Notes: generated from the sequence alone by a model not told the origin. DNA of 52,761 bases from an uncultured Cellvibrionaceae bacterium (GCA_965652265.1 CBFGUT010000001.1:1-52761); one strand, 5' to 3'; shown: positions 9,330 through 19,246, counted from the stretch's first letter. A program made the numbers and translations.

Positions 9330-10408
9330 GAGTCTTCCCGATTCTCACAGGGCAATTGGATACGAATCTCTGCCATCTCCTGATTGGCATCACTATCCAC
9401 AAAGCGTTTAAACGTGGCCTGAGCCAAAGAGGCTTTAGCATACATCAATCCCAGACGATGATTGATGTTTTTCAAACCAATTCCCGTGCTTGTGTCATCG
9501 TTATCGTTTGACTGTAAGGAAACTGGCGAACATGGATTGCGCAGGACAATTTGCAGGCACCCTTCATTTTTACTCACCTGCAACAAAATTGTCCCCCCAG
9601 CAGCCAATTTGGCAATACCGTGTTTAATGGCGTTTTCCACACACAGCTGTAACAGCATCCGTGGAATCAATAAAGGTTTTGCCTCGGGCGCCACCTCGCT
9701 GACAAAGTTCAGGCGATCCTCAAACTGTATTTTACAGAGCGCCAGATACTCCTCTACAATCGTTAATTCCTCTTCCAGACTCACCTTGGCATTTTCGTGT
9801 CGCTGCAGGCTGTAGCGCAGCATATCGGCCAGTTGCGCCAGTGCCTCCCGGGATTTGGCCGGATCATGCAGAATCATGGCGCGAATATTATTGAGCACGT
9901 TAAAAAGAAAATGTGGATTCAATTGCTGAATCAGCGCATCCAGTTGACTACTCGCCAAAGCCTGGTGGGTATCGCGCAATTGCCGCGCCTTGATAATCGT
10001 CAGGTAAATGGCACCCCACAACACCAGTGCTGCCACCATATTGAAGGCGTTACCCCAAAAAACCATTTTGAACACCATGGCTTCCTGCCCGGCGGCAATG
10101 GGGTCAGTTATGCCTGCCGTGGACAGCAACCAGACACACAAAAATAGCATCAGTCCCGCAAGGGCGCCGCCCAGCATAGCCTGGCAAAGAAAATACAGCA
10201 GTTGCCAGACAATTCCCCTGGCCGCCAGCCAGCGTTTGTACCCCAGGCGCATCATATGCGAGTAGACGGCCGCCGTACCCAGCAAAACAGCACCATACAC
10301 ATATTCAAAAGGCGAGAACCAGGGGCGCATATAAAGCACCGCCGTCAAGCCGATATACAGAATCAACCAGCCCGCGGCCTGATAGATGGGATAGAAAGCG
10401 CTGTTCAT
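9320..10408 (-). CDS. LytS-type sensor histidine kinase
   Basis: QLNPHFLFNVLN, LRYSL, VENAIKHG and TGIGLKNI motifs; N-terminal TM helices. Confidence 0.95.
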   Translation of the reverse strand: MNSAFYPIYQAAGWLILYIGLTAVLYMRPWFSPFEYVYGAVLLGTAAVYSHMMRLGYKRWLAARGIVWQLLYFLCQAMLGGALAGLMLFLCVWLLSTAGITDPIAAGQEAMVFKMVFWGNAFNMVAALVLWGAIYLTIIKARQLRDTHQALASSQLDALIQQLNPHFLFNVLNNIRAMILHDPAKSREALAQLADMLRYSLQRHENAKVSLEEELTIVEEYLALCKIQFEDRLNFVSEVAPEAKPLLIPRMLLQLCVENAIKHGIAKLAAGGTILLQVSKNEGCLQIVLRNPCSPVSLQSNDNDDTSTGIGLKNINHRLGLMYAKASLAQATFKRFVDSDANQEMAEIRIQLPCENREDSCE

Positions 10409-11166
10409 ACAAAAATAGCCATGACAAAGTGAGCCAACATATGGGCTATAATCGCCGACTCCAGCCCCCTTTTCCAGAATAAATAACCGGCGATCAAACC
10501 GAACAGGCTGTTACCCACAATAATGTACACAGTGAGAGACACCGTCAGTGTCGATGAAAGCATACTGGCCGCCGGCAAGTGCCCCGCGCCAAATAACAAG
10601 GCTGATAAGACAATACCCAGCACATAATACACTGGCTTTATCGAGCCCTCAGATTGCCGTCCTAATCGGGAAAGGCCCCAGACAAAGCAGGACATCAAAC
10701 CCCAGCGGATTAACAACTCTTCGGTGATTCCTCCGTAGAGCACCCTGGTATAGAGCGGTGGGGAGAAATTTTCGACGCTGGCAATAAAGGCCGTAGGCAG
10801 GTGAGGCAGAGAGATGTGAGTAAAAAGCATCAACATCACACCACCCACAATACCTCCAATGAGTGCCGAAAGGATAATTGGTGTTATATGAATGTCAGAC
10901 CAGGACTTTTGCAGCCAGGCATCCACCAAGGGGGTGTGCAGGTTGACTCGTGGCGAAAAGTAAGCGCCCAGCACTACCAACACCAGCAATATCGCAGAGG
11001 ATTGCAACGTAGATATCACCTGCAGAAACCCCATTGACAATGGTACTTCTTGACCACTGGCTGCTATCAAATCGGGAATCATGGGGATAGCCGATAAAAC
11101 CCCGATCACCCCCAGGACAAAAAGAATAGCGACTTTTCGCCAATTGATTTTATTTGTTATCGGCAT
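10405..11166 (-). CDS. CPBP (Abi/CAAX, Rce1-like) intramembrane metalloprotease
   Basis: EExxxR (EELLIRWG), FxxxH (FGAGH) and HxxxH (AHMLAH) motifs; multi-TM; ATGA overlap with the kinase gene. Confidence 0.92.
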   Translation of the reverse strand: MPITNKINWRKVAILFVLGVIGVLSAIPMIPDLIAASGQEVPLSMGFLQVISTLQSSAILLVLVVLGAYFSPRVNLHTPLVDAWLQKSWSDIHITPIILSALIGGIVGGVMLMLFTHISLPHLPTAFIASVENFSPPLYTRVLYGGITEELLIRWGLMSCFVWGLSRLGRQSEGSIKPVYYVLGIVLSALLFGAGHLPAASMLSSTLTVSLTVYIIVGNSLFGLIAGYLFWKRGLESAIIAHMLAHFVMAIFV

Positions 11167-11224
11167 ATTGGAATCCTGCTCCTGATATCGGCAACTAAGC
11201 TTACTATTTCAGCTGCCTTACCTC

Positions 11225-11270
11225 TGACGATCATCGATCGACGATTCATTGATTCGGTGATCGATGACTC
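11225..11270 (-). promoter_or_regulatory. Putative LytTR-binding direct repeats
   Basis: On the - strand, GAGTCATCGATC and GAATCGTCGATC lie 23 nt apart, with further TCGTC copies, upstream of the CPBP-LytS-LytR operon. Confidence 0.45.
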
Positions 11271-11279
11271 GCCTTTGGT

Positions 11280-11309
11280 GTTGGGTGGCGCGGAGCTTAC
11301 CCAACCTAC
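11280..11309 (-). repeat. GTAG-type REP element
   Basis: - strand GTAG-GTTGGGT-(12 nt)-ACCCAAC: a GTAG foot plus an imperfect hairpin. Confidence 0.65.
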
Positions 11310-11310
11310 T

Positions 11311-11341
11311 ACGTCCGACGTCAGACCTCAGACGTCCGACT
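11311..11341. repeat. Heptamer tandem repeat (ACGTC[C/A]G x ~4.4)
   Basis: acgtccg acgtcag acctcag acgtccg act, between the serine hydrolase stop codon and the REP. Confidence 0.75.
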
Positions 11342-11343
11342 AT

Positions 11344-12960
11344 TTATTCACCGTCCCCAGTCAACCACTCCAGCATGGACTCCTCCACACCAATGCTCTG
11401 ATTATTAAGAAAAACCATACCCCGCGAGCCATCCAGGTAAAAGCCGATAACACTGGTAAACCCCGCCGTCTGCCCGGCATGCCACGCGAAGGGCCGGCCC
11501 TCACTGTCTTTTTCCAGCATCCAGCCCAGTGGCTGTGTACAGCACTCGCCCAATACCTCCGCGGGATTGAGCATCAGTTGCACTACTGGATCGCCAGCCG
11601 CGCTTTTTTCCATCATCGCCTGAACATAGCGCACCATATCATCGAGGTTGGAGACCACCGATCCCGCACCCGCCATAGCGTCGAAGTGCCAGGCATTGAC
11701 TGGATTGCCTAAAAGGTCAAAGCCCTGAGCCAACTTCGGGCTGTCTTTCTTTTCAGAATGTGCCACATAGGTATCGCTCATATGCAGTGGTTTCAACAAT
11801 TCTCGTTGCAGTAAATCGGCAAAATTGGTATCGGCCTGTATGGCCAGGGTCTCACCCAGTACGCCAAAACCAAAATTGGAATAGAGGTAGATATTTTCAC
11901 CGATCTCGACATTCGTCAAAGCCTCCCGCAACTGTTGTCGATCATACCCGGCATAGGGATCGCTGTAACTTGCCTCATCCAGTGTTAAGTTGGCCGGTAG
12001 TCGCGGCAAGCCACTATGATGACTGGCCAGTTGTGCCAGGGTAATAGCGTCCGGCGCATCGGGCCAGTAAGTGGCCAGACGCGCATCCGCTTTCAGGTCG
12101 CCTTCGACAGCCGCCTTGGCCAACAGGTAAGCCACCATGGTCTTGGTGTTGGAGCCAATCTCGTAGAGCGTTTGCGCATTGTGGTCGGCGTAGAATTGCG
12201 TTTCCACACCGTCCGGGGTGATCACGGCCCGAGCGCCGCCGTGTTCACCCGCCTGTGGCTTTGGGGCGGAAGTCTGGCCCTCCTCGCCAGCGGCAACCTT
12301 CTTCAAGGTCAGCGGTCGTTCCATGCCCTGCACAAAAGTGCCCACGTAGGCGCCATCTTTATACTCTGCGCTATAGGTGGCGTTAATCATGGGCGACTGA
12401 AAACTCACACTCTCGGCATTGATTTGCATGTCGGTGAGCGGAATGCCATAGGAATGTTGCGCGGGACTGTCGAGAGTACCCAGATAGCCGTCAGGCAAAA
12501 CCGCAACATTTAATTTCACCGGCAGAGTGGCGGTTTTATCGATGATCAGATCACCCGCATAACCGCCCTCGAACACCAGGCGCTCGCGATCACCGGCATC
12601 CAGCTTTTGTAATTCAATACTGATGGTTTTGCCCTGAGTAAATTTTCCTGTCAGGGTGTTACCTTCCAGCGTCCCCTCGAAGCTGGCTTTAAGTTCCTTT
12701 TCCTCAATAATGACCTTGTCGCCGCTCAGGGTATACGCCGTGGGTTCGCGGCCAAACATCCCCTGGTTGGGACTGTCCAGGGTGATTTTCCCCTCGTCAA
12801 TATTGATACCGAGCGCCAGGCTTACCCCTTGCTCAAATTTCAATTCGCCGCGCCACTGGCCATCCAGCGCCGGATTATAATCCTCCACCACCTGGGCCAC
12901 CGCCGGCCCCATAGCCACCACGCCTAAAATACTCAGCCATCGCTTTAACTGCTTTTTCAT
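11344..12960 (-). CDS. Secreted serine hydrolase (AmpC/beta-lactamase-like, peptidase S12 family) with duplicated N-terminal beta domain
   Basis: Signal peptide; SxxK (GSNTK), YSN and HAG motifs; two N-terminal repeats (TLDSPNQG / TLDSPAQH ... GxFxQG). Confidence 0.9.
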   Translation of the reverse strand: MKKQLKRWLSILGVVAMGPAVAQVVEDYNPALDGQWRGELKFEQGVSLALGINIDEGKITLDSPNQGMFGREPTAYTLSGDKVIIEEKELKASFEGTLEGNTLTGKFTQGKTISIELQKLDAGDRERLVFEGGYAGDLIIDKTATLPVKLNVAVLPDGYLGTLDSPAQHSYGIPLTDMQINAESVSFQSPMINATYSAEYKDGAYVGTFVQGMERPLTLKKVAAGEEGQTSAPKPQAGEHGGARAVITPDGVETQFYADHNAQTLYEIGSNTKTMVAYLLAKAAVEGDLKADARLATYWPDAPDAITLAQLASHHSGLPRLPANLTLDEASYSDPYAGYDRQQLREALTNVEIGENIYLYSNFGFGVLGETLAIQADTNFADLLQRELLKPLHMSDTYVAHSEKKDSPKLAQGFDLLGNPVNAWHFDAMAGAGSVVSNLDDMVRYVQAMMEKSAAGDPVVQLMLNPAEVLGECCTQPLGWMLEKDSEGRPFAWHAGQTAGFTSVIGFYLDGSRGMVFLNNQSIGVEESMLEWLTGDGE

Positions 12961-13114
12961 GCTTTGCCTCGTCTATCAGTGACTTGTGTGCCTGCCAGTG
13001 TAATGCAGACCCCTTCCCTCGCCAGCAATTTATGACGGGCGGGCGGCAGGCAGGTTAAGAGGGAGACAAAGATACTTGAGGAGATTTAGCAGCGCAAAAA
13101 CCGTCAATTTAGAC

Positions 13115-13145
13115 CACCCCAATGATACTCATTATCATTGGGGTG
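13115..13145. promoter_or_regulatory. Fur-box-like site inside a 13-5-13 perfect inverted repeat
   Basis: CACCCCAATGATA-CTCAT-TATCATTGGGGTG. The core AATGATACTCATTATCATT differs at one position from the ideal AATGATAATCATTATCATT. Confidence 0.55.
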
Positions 13146-13255
13146 CATCGGAGGGGGTATCATTTCTCAGAGGGATAGAAAAGCTAGTCCAATTCGACAA
13201 GGCCCTGTTACCGATAGAGCGTATTTGATCAGCCCAGGGCAGGACTTTACCCGAT

Positions 13256-13972
13256 TTATATTCTAAAACCATACCACTCGATGGACTGAATCCCTGTCCC
13301 CTGGTTTTCCCTTATAGCCGATAGCACTGCACTGTCCAGATACGCTTGAGTGGTCGCCCTGGAGGGCCATTCCACCAACACCACTTTATAGGGTGCGCTT
13401 CTCGTTTCATCCAGGCTGGCATAGCCGCTGGGCTCGAAGGTGGCCAAAATCCGTATACCGAGCTGTGCACGGGTGGGAGCGGCGTGTTCAACATAGGCTT
13501 CATGTGTCTCGGCACTGTCCACCCATACCTTGGCAATGGTGTAATAACGGTCGGAAAACAGGGTCAGCGCAATATTCTCCTGCAAATCCACATCGATGAC
13601 TTCCATTTCCCGCCAGCCCTCCTTAATTGAGGGTTTAAGGAGAACATACTCAGATGAGCGGCGCAGTTGATCAGCAAGTTCTCCGCTGGGCATGGAGAGT
13701 ACGGCCAATCTTTCTGCCTCATGTTCACCGTAGAGGTTATCCGCCAGAGGAAATTGACCCAAGGCCTTCAGACCCTGTGGCTGCGCCTGGGCGTATACCC
13801 CTTGCCGATAATGCTGCCGTGCCGCCTCGCCATCCTCATGTGGCATTGAAAAAATAAAACTCAAGCGCTCACCTGCTGTGGCTACCAGCGGTGTCGTTGC
13901 TGGAGCAGAAGAGTCCTGGGCCAGGCAAAATGTTGACCAGAGCATTAAGAGGGCACAGATAAAATCCTTCAT
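13256..13972 (-). CDS. Secreted hypothetical protein, possibly tandem DUF1330-like dimeric alpha/beta-barrel domains
   Basis: Signal peptide; two similar halves (AVLSMPS / VVLVEWPSRAT...YLDS); ATGA overlap with the upstream esterase. Confidence 0.7.
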   Translation of the reverse strand: MKDFICALLMLWSTFCLAQDSSAPATTPLVATAGERLSFIFSMPHEDGEAARQHYRQGVYAQAQPQGLKALGQFPLADNLYGEHEAERLAVLSMPSGELADQLRRSSEYVLLKPSIKEGWREMEVIDVDLQENIALTLFSDRYYTIAKVWVDSAETHEAYVEHAAPTRAQLGIRILATFEPSGYASLDETRSAPYKVVLVEWPSRATTQAYLDSAVLSAIRENQGTGIQSIEWYGFRI

Positions 13973-14880
13973 GGCTTAGGCTCCTGATTGATTTGGTTAA
14001 ACATAAAACGTTTAATTAACGGAATACACTCTTCGCACAAAGAGGCAATAGAGGTGTCATTATGCAAGGCCTGCTTGATGATATGCAGCTCATTGTCGGT
14101 GCCGACAATATCCGCGTACTGATGGATGGCAATGGAGCCAAAAATATTTTCATCCATGTGCACGTTCACCACACTATCCACATCGCCGTGTAAGCTGAAC
14201 AGCGGGACATCCTGGCGATTAATAATCGCCATATTGGCCAACAGGCCGGAGAGATTGATCACTCCCAGGAGTTTGGGCTTTTCCTCGGTTTTCACCAGCA
14301 ACTCCTGCTGCTCGAATATCTGTCGCTTTAACGGCAGGATTGCATCGTCACTATCCAGATAGGCATTGTTCATGGAGGTAATAGCTCCGGCGGAGTGTCC
14401 GCCAATAAAAATGCGTTCAGGATCGATACCAAAACGACTGGCATTGGAAACCAAATATTCCAGCGCACTGCGCTGGTCCGCCACCGCTTTAGCCAGCGCA
14501 TTGAAGTAGTTTTCCGGCGTATTGATATTATCGGACAAGCGGTAACCGTTCAGCGCCACCACATACCCAGACTGGGCGATTTCCTCGGCAAAACCGTTCA
14601 TCCAAGTATCTTCGTTGACCACAAAGCCACCACCGGGGGTCAACAGGAAGAGCGGGCGTTTTTGTTCGGTATCATCGGCGGGCTCGAAAACCCTGAGCTT
14701 GAGGACCTCTTCACGCCCTGTCAGATCGTTGTGCTTTTCGGCAAAAAAAATGTTATCGGTAAATTTTATCGCATCGATGACCGGGTTCAGATAGCGACGA
14801 TTTTCCAGACTGACATTATCCTGCGCAAAAACCTGTGCGCAGGTAACGGCAAGCATCAGCAGTAGTAAATTTCGAATCAT
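13969..14880 (-). CDS. Secreted alpha/beta-hydrolase (carboxylesterase-like)
   Basis: Signal peptide; PGGGF oxyanion loop, GIDPERIFIGGHSAGA nucleophile motif, HGDVDSVV. Confidence 0.9.
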   Translation of the reverse strand: MIRNLLLLMLAVTCAQVFAQDNVSLENRRYLNPVIDAIKFTDNIFFAEKHNDLTGREEVLKLRVFEPADDTEQKRPLFLLTPGGGFVVNEDTWMNGFAEEIAQSGYVVALNGYRLSDNINTPENYFNALAKAVADQRSALEYLVSNASRFGIDPERIFIGGHSAGAITSMNNAYLDSDDAILPLKRQIFEQQELLVKTEEKPKLLGVINLSGLLANMAIINRQDVPLFSLHGDVDSVVNVHMDENIFGSIAIHQYADIVGTDNELHIIKQALHNDTSIASLCEECIPLIKRFMFNQINQEPKP

Positions 14881-17800
14881 GGGGAAACTCCAACGGTAGG
14901 TTCAGGTTTTTGTGATTCAGTTTTCAAGGAGCGGACTTGAATTTTGTTCGATAAATATTCTGTAAAACGAACGACTAGCAAGTAGAAAAAAGGCACAAAC
15001 ACGATGGACAGGAAGGTGGCACTCAGCACGCCGCCAATGACGGCACTGCCGATGGTGTTGCGGCTGAGTTCACCGGCCCCTGTGCTGATGGCCAGCGGCA
15101 CCACGCCAAAGCCGAAAGCCAGGGATGTCATAACAATCGGTCGCAATCGCAACCGGCTGGCTTCCACACAGGCGCGAGTCAATTGCATACCCTTTGCACG
15201 CAGATGTTCGGCGAACTCCACGATGAGAATAGCATTCTTGGCGGTCAGGCCGATGGTGGTCAGCAGCCCCACATGCAGGTAGATATCGTTACCCAGACCG
15301 GTAAACTTAATGGCCAACAGCGAACCGAGCACCCCGAGGGGAATGACAATGACGACGGAGAGGGGCAGAGTCCAGCTTTCATAGAGTGCGGCAAGACACA
15401 AAAATACAAACACAATGGATAACAGATACAGCCACAAGGTACTGGCGCCGATCTGGACCTCTTCAAAGCTGGTACCGGCCCACTCCACGGTGAAGCCCGG
15501 CGGCAAGGCCCCGCTCAGTTGCTCCAGGGTGCGAATAGCATCGAGGGAGCTGTGGCCTTCAGCCGCCTGCCCTCGAATATTCATTGCCGGCATTCCATTA
15601 AATCGAGTCAATTGCGGCGACGAATATCGCCACTGGTGCTTCACCACATTATCCAGAGACACCATGTCGCCCGCCGCGTTACGCACGAACCACTTGCCGA
15701 TGTCAGCGGGCAACATGCGATCTTCCGGCTCAGCCTGCAGGTAGACCCGCTTGTTGCGGCCATTGAGTATAAAGTCGTTAACATAGCGTGATGCCCAGGC
15801 AATAGACAGATTGCTCGTTACATCATTAACATTGAGACCCAGGGCGAGCAAACGCTCGTGATCAATTTGAATATCGAGGCTGGGCACATCTTCCATACCA
15901 TTGGCACGCACACCCGTCAGTTGCGCGTTTTCCCCGGCCACGATCAATAACTGGTTGCGTGCGGCGAGCAGGGCTTCGTGGCCGGCACCGCCTCGGTCCA
16001 CCAACATGGCATCAAAACCGGCACTGGTGCCCAGCGCCGGTATCGGCGGCAACATAATGGGAAAAATCTGGGCGCCTTCAATTTGCGACAAAGCCTGGCG
16101 AGCGCGTGCGACCAGCGCCTTACCGCTCTGTTCTGCACCGGGTCGCTCATCCCAGGGTTTCAAGCGCACAAACGCAATGCCCATATTCTGACCGCGGCCG
16201 CTAAAGCTGAATCCGGCGACACTGAGTACCGAGGCGATGTCTTCCTCGGTAGCAAAATATGCCTCCATTTCAGAGAGCACCTCAAACGTCTGCTCACGGG
16301 TTGAGCCGGCAGGTAACTGCACCAGCGCAAAGAAAATACCCTGATCCTCATCCGGCAACAGCGATGAGGGAATGCTTTGATAAACCCACGCCGCAGCAAC
16401 ACACAATAAGCCGTAGATAATCCCCATCCGCAACGGACGCTTGATGAAGCGCTGCAAGCGATGGGGATAATTGTCGCGCTGGCGATCAAACCAGCGATGA
16501 AACCGAGCCAGGGGGCCAGCGGGGGTCTGCGGCTTGAGCAGTATGGCACAGAGTGCCGGTGTCAGGGTTAATGCCACCAACACCGACAGCCCCATGGCGG
16601 CGGAGATGGTAATAGCAAACTGTCGATAAATAATACCGCTGGACCCTCCCACAAAGGCCATAGGAATAAAGACCGCGCTGAGCACCAGCGCAATGCCCAC
16701 CAGCGCGCTGGTGATTTGCGACATGGCTTTGCGTGTCGCCTCGCGGGCGGGGAGATTTTCCTCGTGCATTAACCGCTCGACGTTTTCCACCACCACAATG
16801 GCGTCATCCACCAGCAGCCCAATGGCCAGTACCATGGCGAACATTGTCAGTGTATTGATACTGAATCCGGCCAGTGCCAGCACACCCAGCGTACCGGCCA
16901 GTACCACGGGAACGGCCAGGGCAGGAATCAGTGTGGCGCGCAAGCTACCCAGAAACACATACATGACCAACACCACCAGCAGAATGGCCTCCGCCAGAGT
17001 TTTCAGCACTTCATCAATGGATGCCTGGATAAAGGGTGTGGTATCGAATGCGATTTCGACATTCATCCCCGGCGGATAGTGCTGACTCAAATCTGCCAGT
17101 GCCTGCTTCAGGCGCGCCGAAGTCTCCAGCGCATTGGCGCCACTGACCAGTTGAAAGGCCAGCACCGTGGCGCGTCGCCCATTATATCGGCCCACGGATA
17201 CATAATTCTCCGCCCCCAGTTCCACTCGCGCCACATCGCCAAGCCGGACCTGGCCGCCCGCTGCATCCACTTTTAACAACACATTCTCAAAGTGCGCCGG
17301 AGTTTCAAAGACATTGCGATAAATCAGACTGGCATTGAGAGGCTGGTTGTCAACGGCCGGAGCCGCCCCCAGCTCCCCGAGCGCGAGATGACGATTTTGC
17401 GCGGCGATTGCCTCGGCAACATCTTGACTCGTGAGCTGGTATCTTTGCAGTTGCTCGGCATCGAGCCAGACGCGCATGGCATAGGGCGCGCCAAAGGCGA
17501 CAACATTGCCAACACCCTCAACCCGCGACAGCGGATCGCGCAGAAAACTGTGGGCAAAATCTGCCAGGTCTTCCCGGGACATACTGTTGTCTTGGGAGTA
17601 GAGGGCCACGCCCATTAAAAAACCGGCGTTCGCCTTGCTAAAGCGCAGCCCATTTTGCAGAACCGGCGACGGCAATAGTGATTCCACCTGCGCCACTTTA
17701 TTCTGCACCTGTACCTGGGCGAGATCCGAATCCGTCCCGGCCTCGAATGTCAGATTGACGGTCGCATTACCCAGGCTGTCACTGGTAGAACTGATGTACA

Positions 17801-18026
17801 GAAGATTATCGACGCCCTGAATACCCTGCTCTATCACTTGCGTGACGGTATCTTCCACCGTCTCTGCCGAAGCCCCCGGATAGCTCGTCTGCACACTGAT
17901 GGTGGGCGGGGCGATATCGGGGTATTGTTGCAAGGGCAGATACTGCAGGGCCAGTAAACCGCCCATAATGGTGAGAATGGCGAGCACCACGGCAAAGATG
18001 GGTCGCTTGATAAAAAATTCAGCCAT
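14877..18026 (-). CDS. acrB: HAE1 RND efflux permease (AcrB/MexB-like)
   Basis: MAEFFIKRPIFA start, GLLVDDAIVVVENVER, AKNAILIVEFA and RLRPIVMTSLAF; 1049 aa. Confidence 0.96.
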   Translation of the reverse strand: MAEFFIKRPIFAVVLAILTIMGGLLALQYLPLQQYPDIAPPTISVQTSYPGASAETVEDTVTQVIEQGIQGVDNLLYISSTSDSLGNATVNLTFEAGTDSDLAQVQVQNKVAQVESLLPSPVLQNGLRFSKANAGFLMGVALYSQDNSMSREDLADFAHSFLRDPLSRVEGVGNVVAFGAPYAMRVWLDAEQLQRYQLTSQDVAEAIAAQNRHLALGELGAAPAVDNQPLNASLIYRNVFETPAHFENVLLKVDAAGGQVRLGDVARVELGAENYVSVGRYNGRRATVLAFQLVSGANALETSARLKQALADLSQHYPPGMNVEIAFDTTPFIQASIDEVLKTLAEAILLVVLVMYVFLGSLRATLIPALAVPVVLAGTLGVLALAGFSINTLTMFAMVLAIGLLVDDAIVVVENVERLMHEENLPAREATRKAMSQITSALVGIALVLSAVFIPMAFVGGSSGIIYRQFAITISAAMGLSVLVALTLTPALCAILLKPQTPAGPLARFHRWFDRQRDNYPHRLQRFIKRPLRMGIIYGLLCVAAAWVYQSIPSSLLPDEDQGIFFALVQLPAGSTREQTFEVLSEMEAYFATEEDIASVLSVAGFSFSGRGQNMGIAFVRLKPWDERPGAEQSGKALVARARQALSQIEGAQIFPIMLPPIPALGTSAGFDAMLVDRGGAGHEALLAARNQLLIVAGENAQLTGVRANGMEDVPSLDIQIDHERLLALGLNVNDVTSNLSIAWASRYVNDFILNGRNKRVYLQAEPEDRMLPADIGKWFVRNAAGDMVSLDNVVKHQWRYSSPQLTRFNGMPAMNIRGQAAEGHSSLDAIRTLEQLSGALPPGFTVEWAGTSFEEVQIGASTLWLYLLSIVFVFLCLAALYESWTLPLSVVIVIPLGVLGSLLAIKFTGLGNDIYLHVGLLTTIGLTAKNAILIVEFAEHLRAKGMQLTRACVEASRLRLRPIVMTSLAFGFGVVPLAISTGAGELSRNTIGSAVIGGVLSATFLSIVFVPFFYLLVVRFTEYLSNKIQVRSLKTESQKPEPTVGVSP

Positions 18027-18030
18027 GGGT

Positions 18031-19140
18031 CTATTGCTTCGCTAGTTTTTGTGTTTCAAGCAGGTTCAACTGCACTTGCATATCCGGCTGCAATTGTTGC
18101 AGCCCGCTCGTCACCATGACCTCCCCCGGCACCAGCCCCGAGGTCACACGCCAGCGATCTCCCACAGCTTCCGCCAATGTCACCCGGCGCAACTCAATAC
18201 GGGATTGATCGTTCACCAGCATCACCTGCCCCTCCCCACTCGGCAGACGGCGGAAGCTTTGGCGGGGAATAAAAATGGCCTCGTCATCCTCTGCCGCAGT
18301 CAATATGGCCTGAGCGCGCATGCCGGGTATCAAACGCAAATCGGTATTGGCAAACTCGGCGCGGGTGAGCAGGGAGTTGGTGGACGGGTCTACCCGGCTC
18401 TCCACCAGCCGCACACGCCCCACTTCCGCCACCTCGCTGCCATCCTCAAGTCGCAGGCGTATCTCGGCACCGGTGGCATCCATGCGCAGCTGATCGTTCA
18501 GTGGTCGGCGAATATCCACCCAGGCGGGTTGCAAGCGCTGCACCACGGCCAGGGCTTCATCCTGATTGGCTGACACCAGTGCGCCCACCGTTACCCGGGA
18601 TTCGCCGATAACCCCGTCGATGGGCGCGCGAATCACACAGTTCTGTAAATCGATCTCAGCTTGCTTTAGCATGGCGCTCGCCAGGTCTCGCTGGGCATTG
18701 GCCCGCTGCAGCTCGGCCTGGGCCTCATCGGCTTCCTGCTGGCTCACCGAGCTTGACGCCCGCAGTGAGCGCACCCGTTGCGCCTTGACCGAGGCAATTT
18801 CCACGGCGGCTTCCGTCTCCGCCACCCGGGCACGGGCCAGATCAACCGCCGCTTGGTAAGGCTGAGAATCGATGTCGTATAGCGCCTGCCCCCGGCTCAC
18901 CGAGCTGCCTTCCACAAAGTGCTGCGCCGTTACCAAGCCATTAACCTGGGGCCGGATGCTCGCGGTGGCCGACGCCTGAACACGGGCCAGATAGGGCTGT
19001 GTGGGGCGGTAGGGCTCACCGCTTACGCGCAGGGCTTCCACGGTGGGAGCTGTTGCGGGTGGGGTATTGGAACCGGCGGGCTGTTCGGCACAACCCGCCA
19101 GTAGGGCTGCCGACAAGCAAAGAACAGAGAAGGACCGCAT
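18031..19140 (-). CDS. acrA: RND periplasmic adaptor lipoprotein (AcrA/MexA-like)
   Basis: Start MRSFSV with lipobox LAGC; IRPQVNG, IRAPIDGVIG and LIPGM motifs. Confidence 0.93.
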   Translation of the reverse strand: MRSFSVLCLSAALLAGCAEQPAGSNTPPATAPTVEALRVSGEPYRPTQPYLARVQASATASIRPQVNGLVTAQHFVEGSSVSRGQALYDIDSQPYQAAVDLARARVAETEAAVEIASVKAQRVRSLRASSSVSQQEADEAQAELQRANAQRDLASAMLKQAEIDLQNCVIRAPIDGVIGESRVTVGALVSANQDEALAVVQRLQPAWVDIRRPLNDQLRMDATGAEIRLRLEDGSEVAEVGRVRLVESRVDPSTNSLLTRAEFANTDLRLIPGMRAQAILTAAEDDEAIFIPRQSFRRLPSGEGQVMLVNDQSRIELRRVTLAEAVGDRWRVTSGLVPGEVMVTSGLQQLQPDMQVQLNLLETQKLAKQ

Positions 19141-19174
19141 AGTGATTTCCTGAAAATCAACATGCAGGAAAGTA

Positions 19175-19198
19175 TACATACATACATAAATGTATGTA
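19175..19198. promoter_or_regulatory. AcrR-type operator
   Basis: TACATACATACATAAATGTATGTA between the divergent acrA and tetR genes; 22/24 match to the E. coli AcrR site as I recall it (TACATACATTCACAAATGTATGTA). Confidence 0.85.
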
Positions 19199-19246
19199 AA
19201 TAGTCATTTGTTGTACAATACGGGTCGGACGACAGGACACCTATCC

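Noticed and set aside
11221-11341. CRISPR-like array
   Set aside because: Repeats are 7-12 bp without unique spacers, and no cas genes are present.
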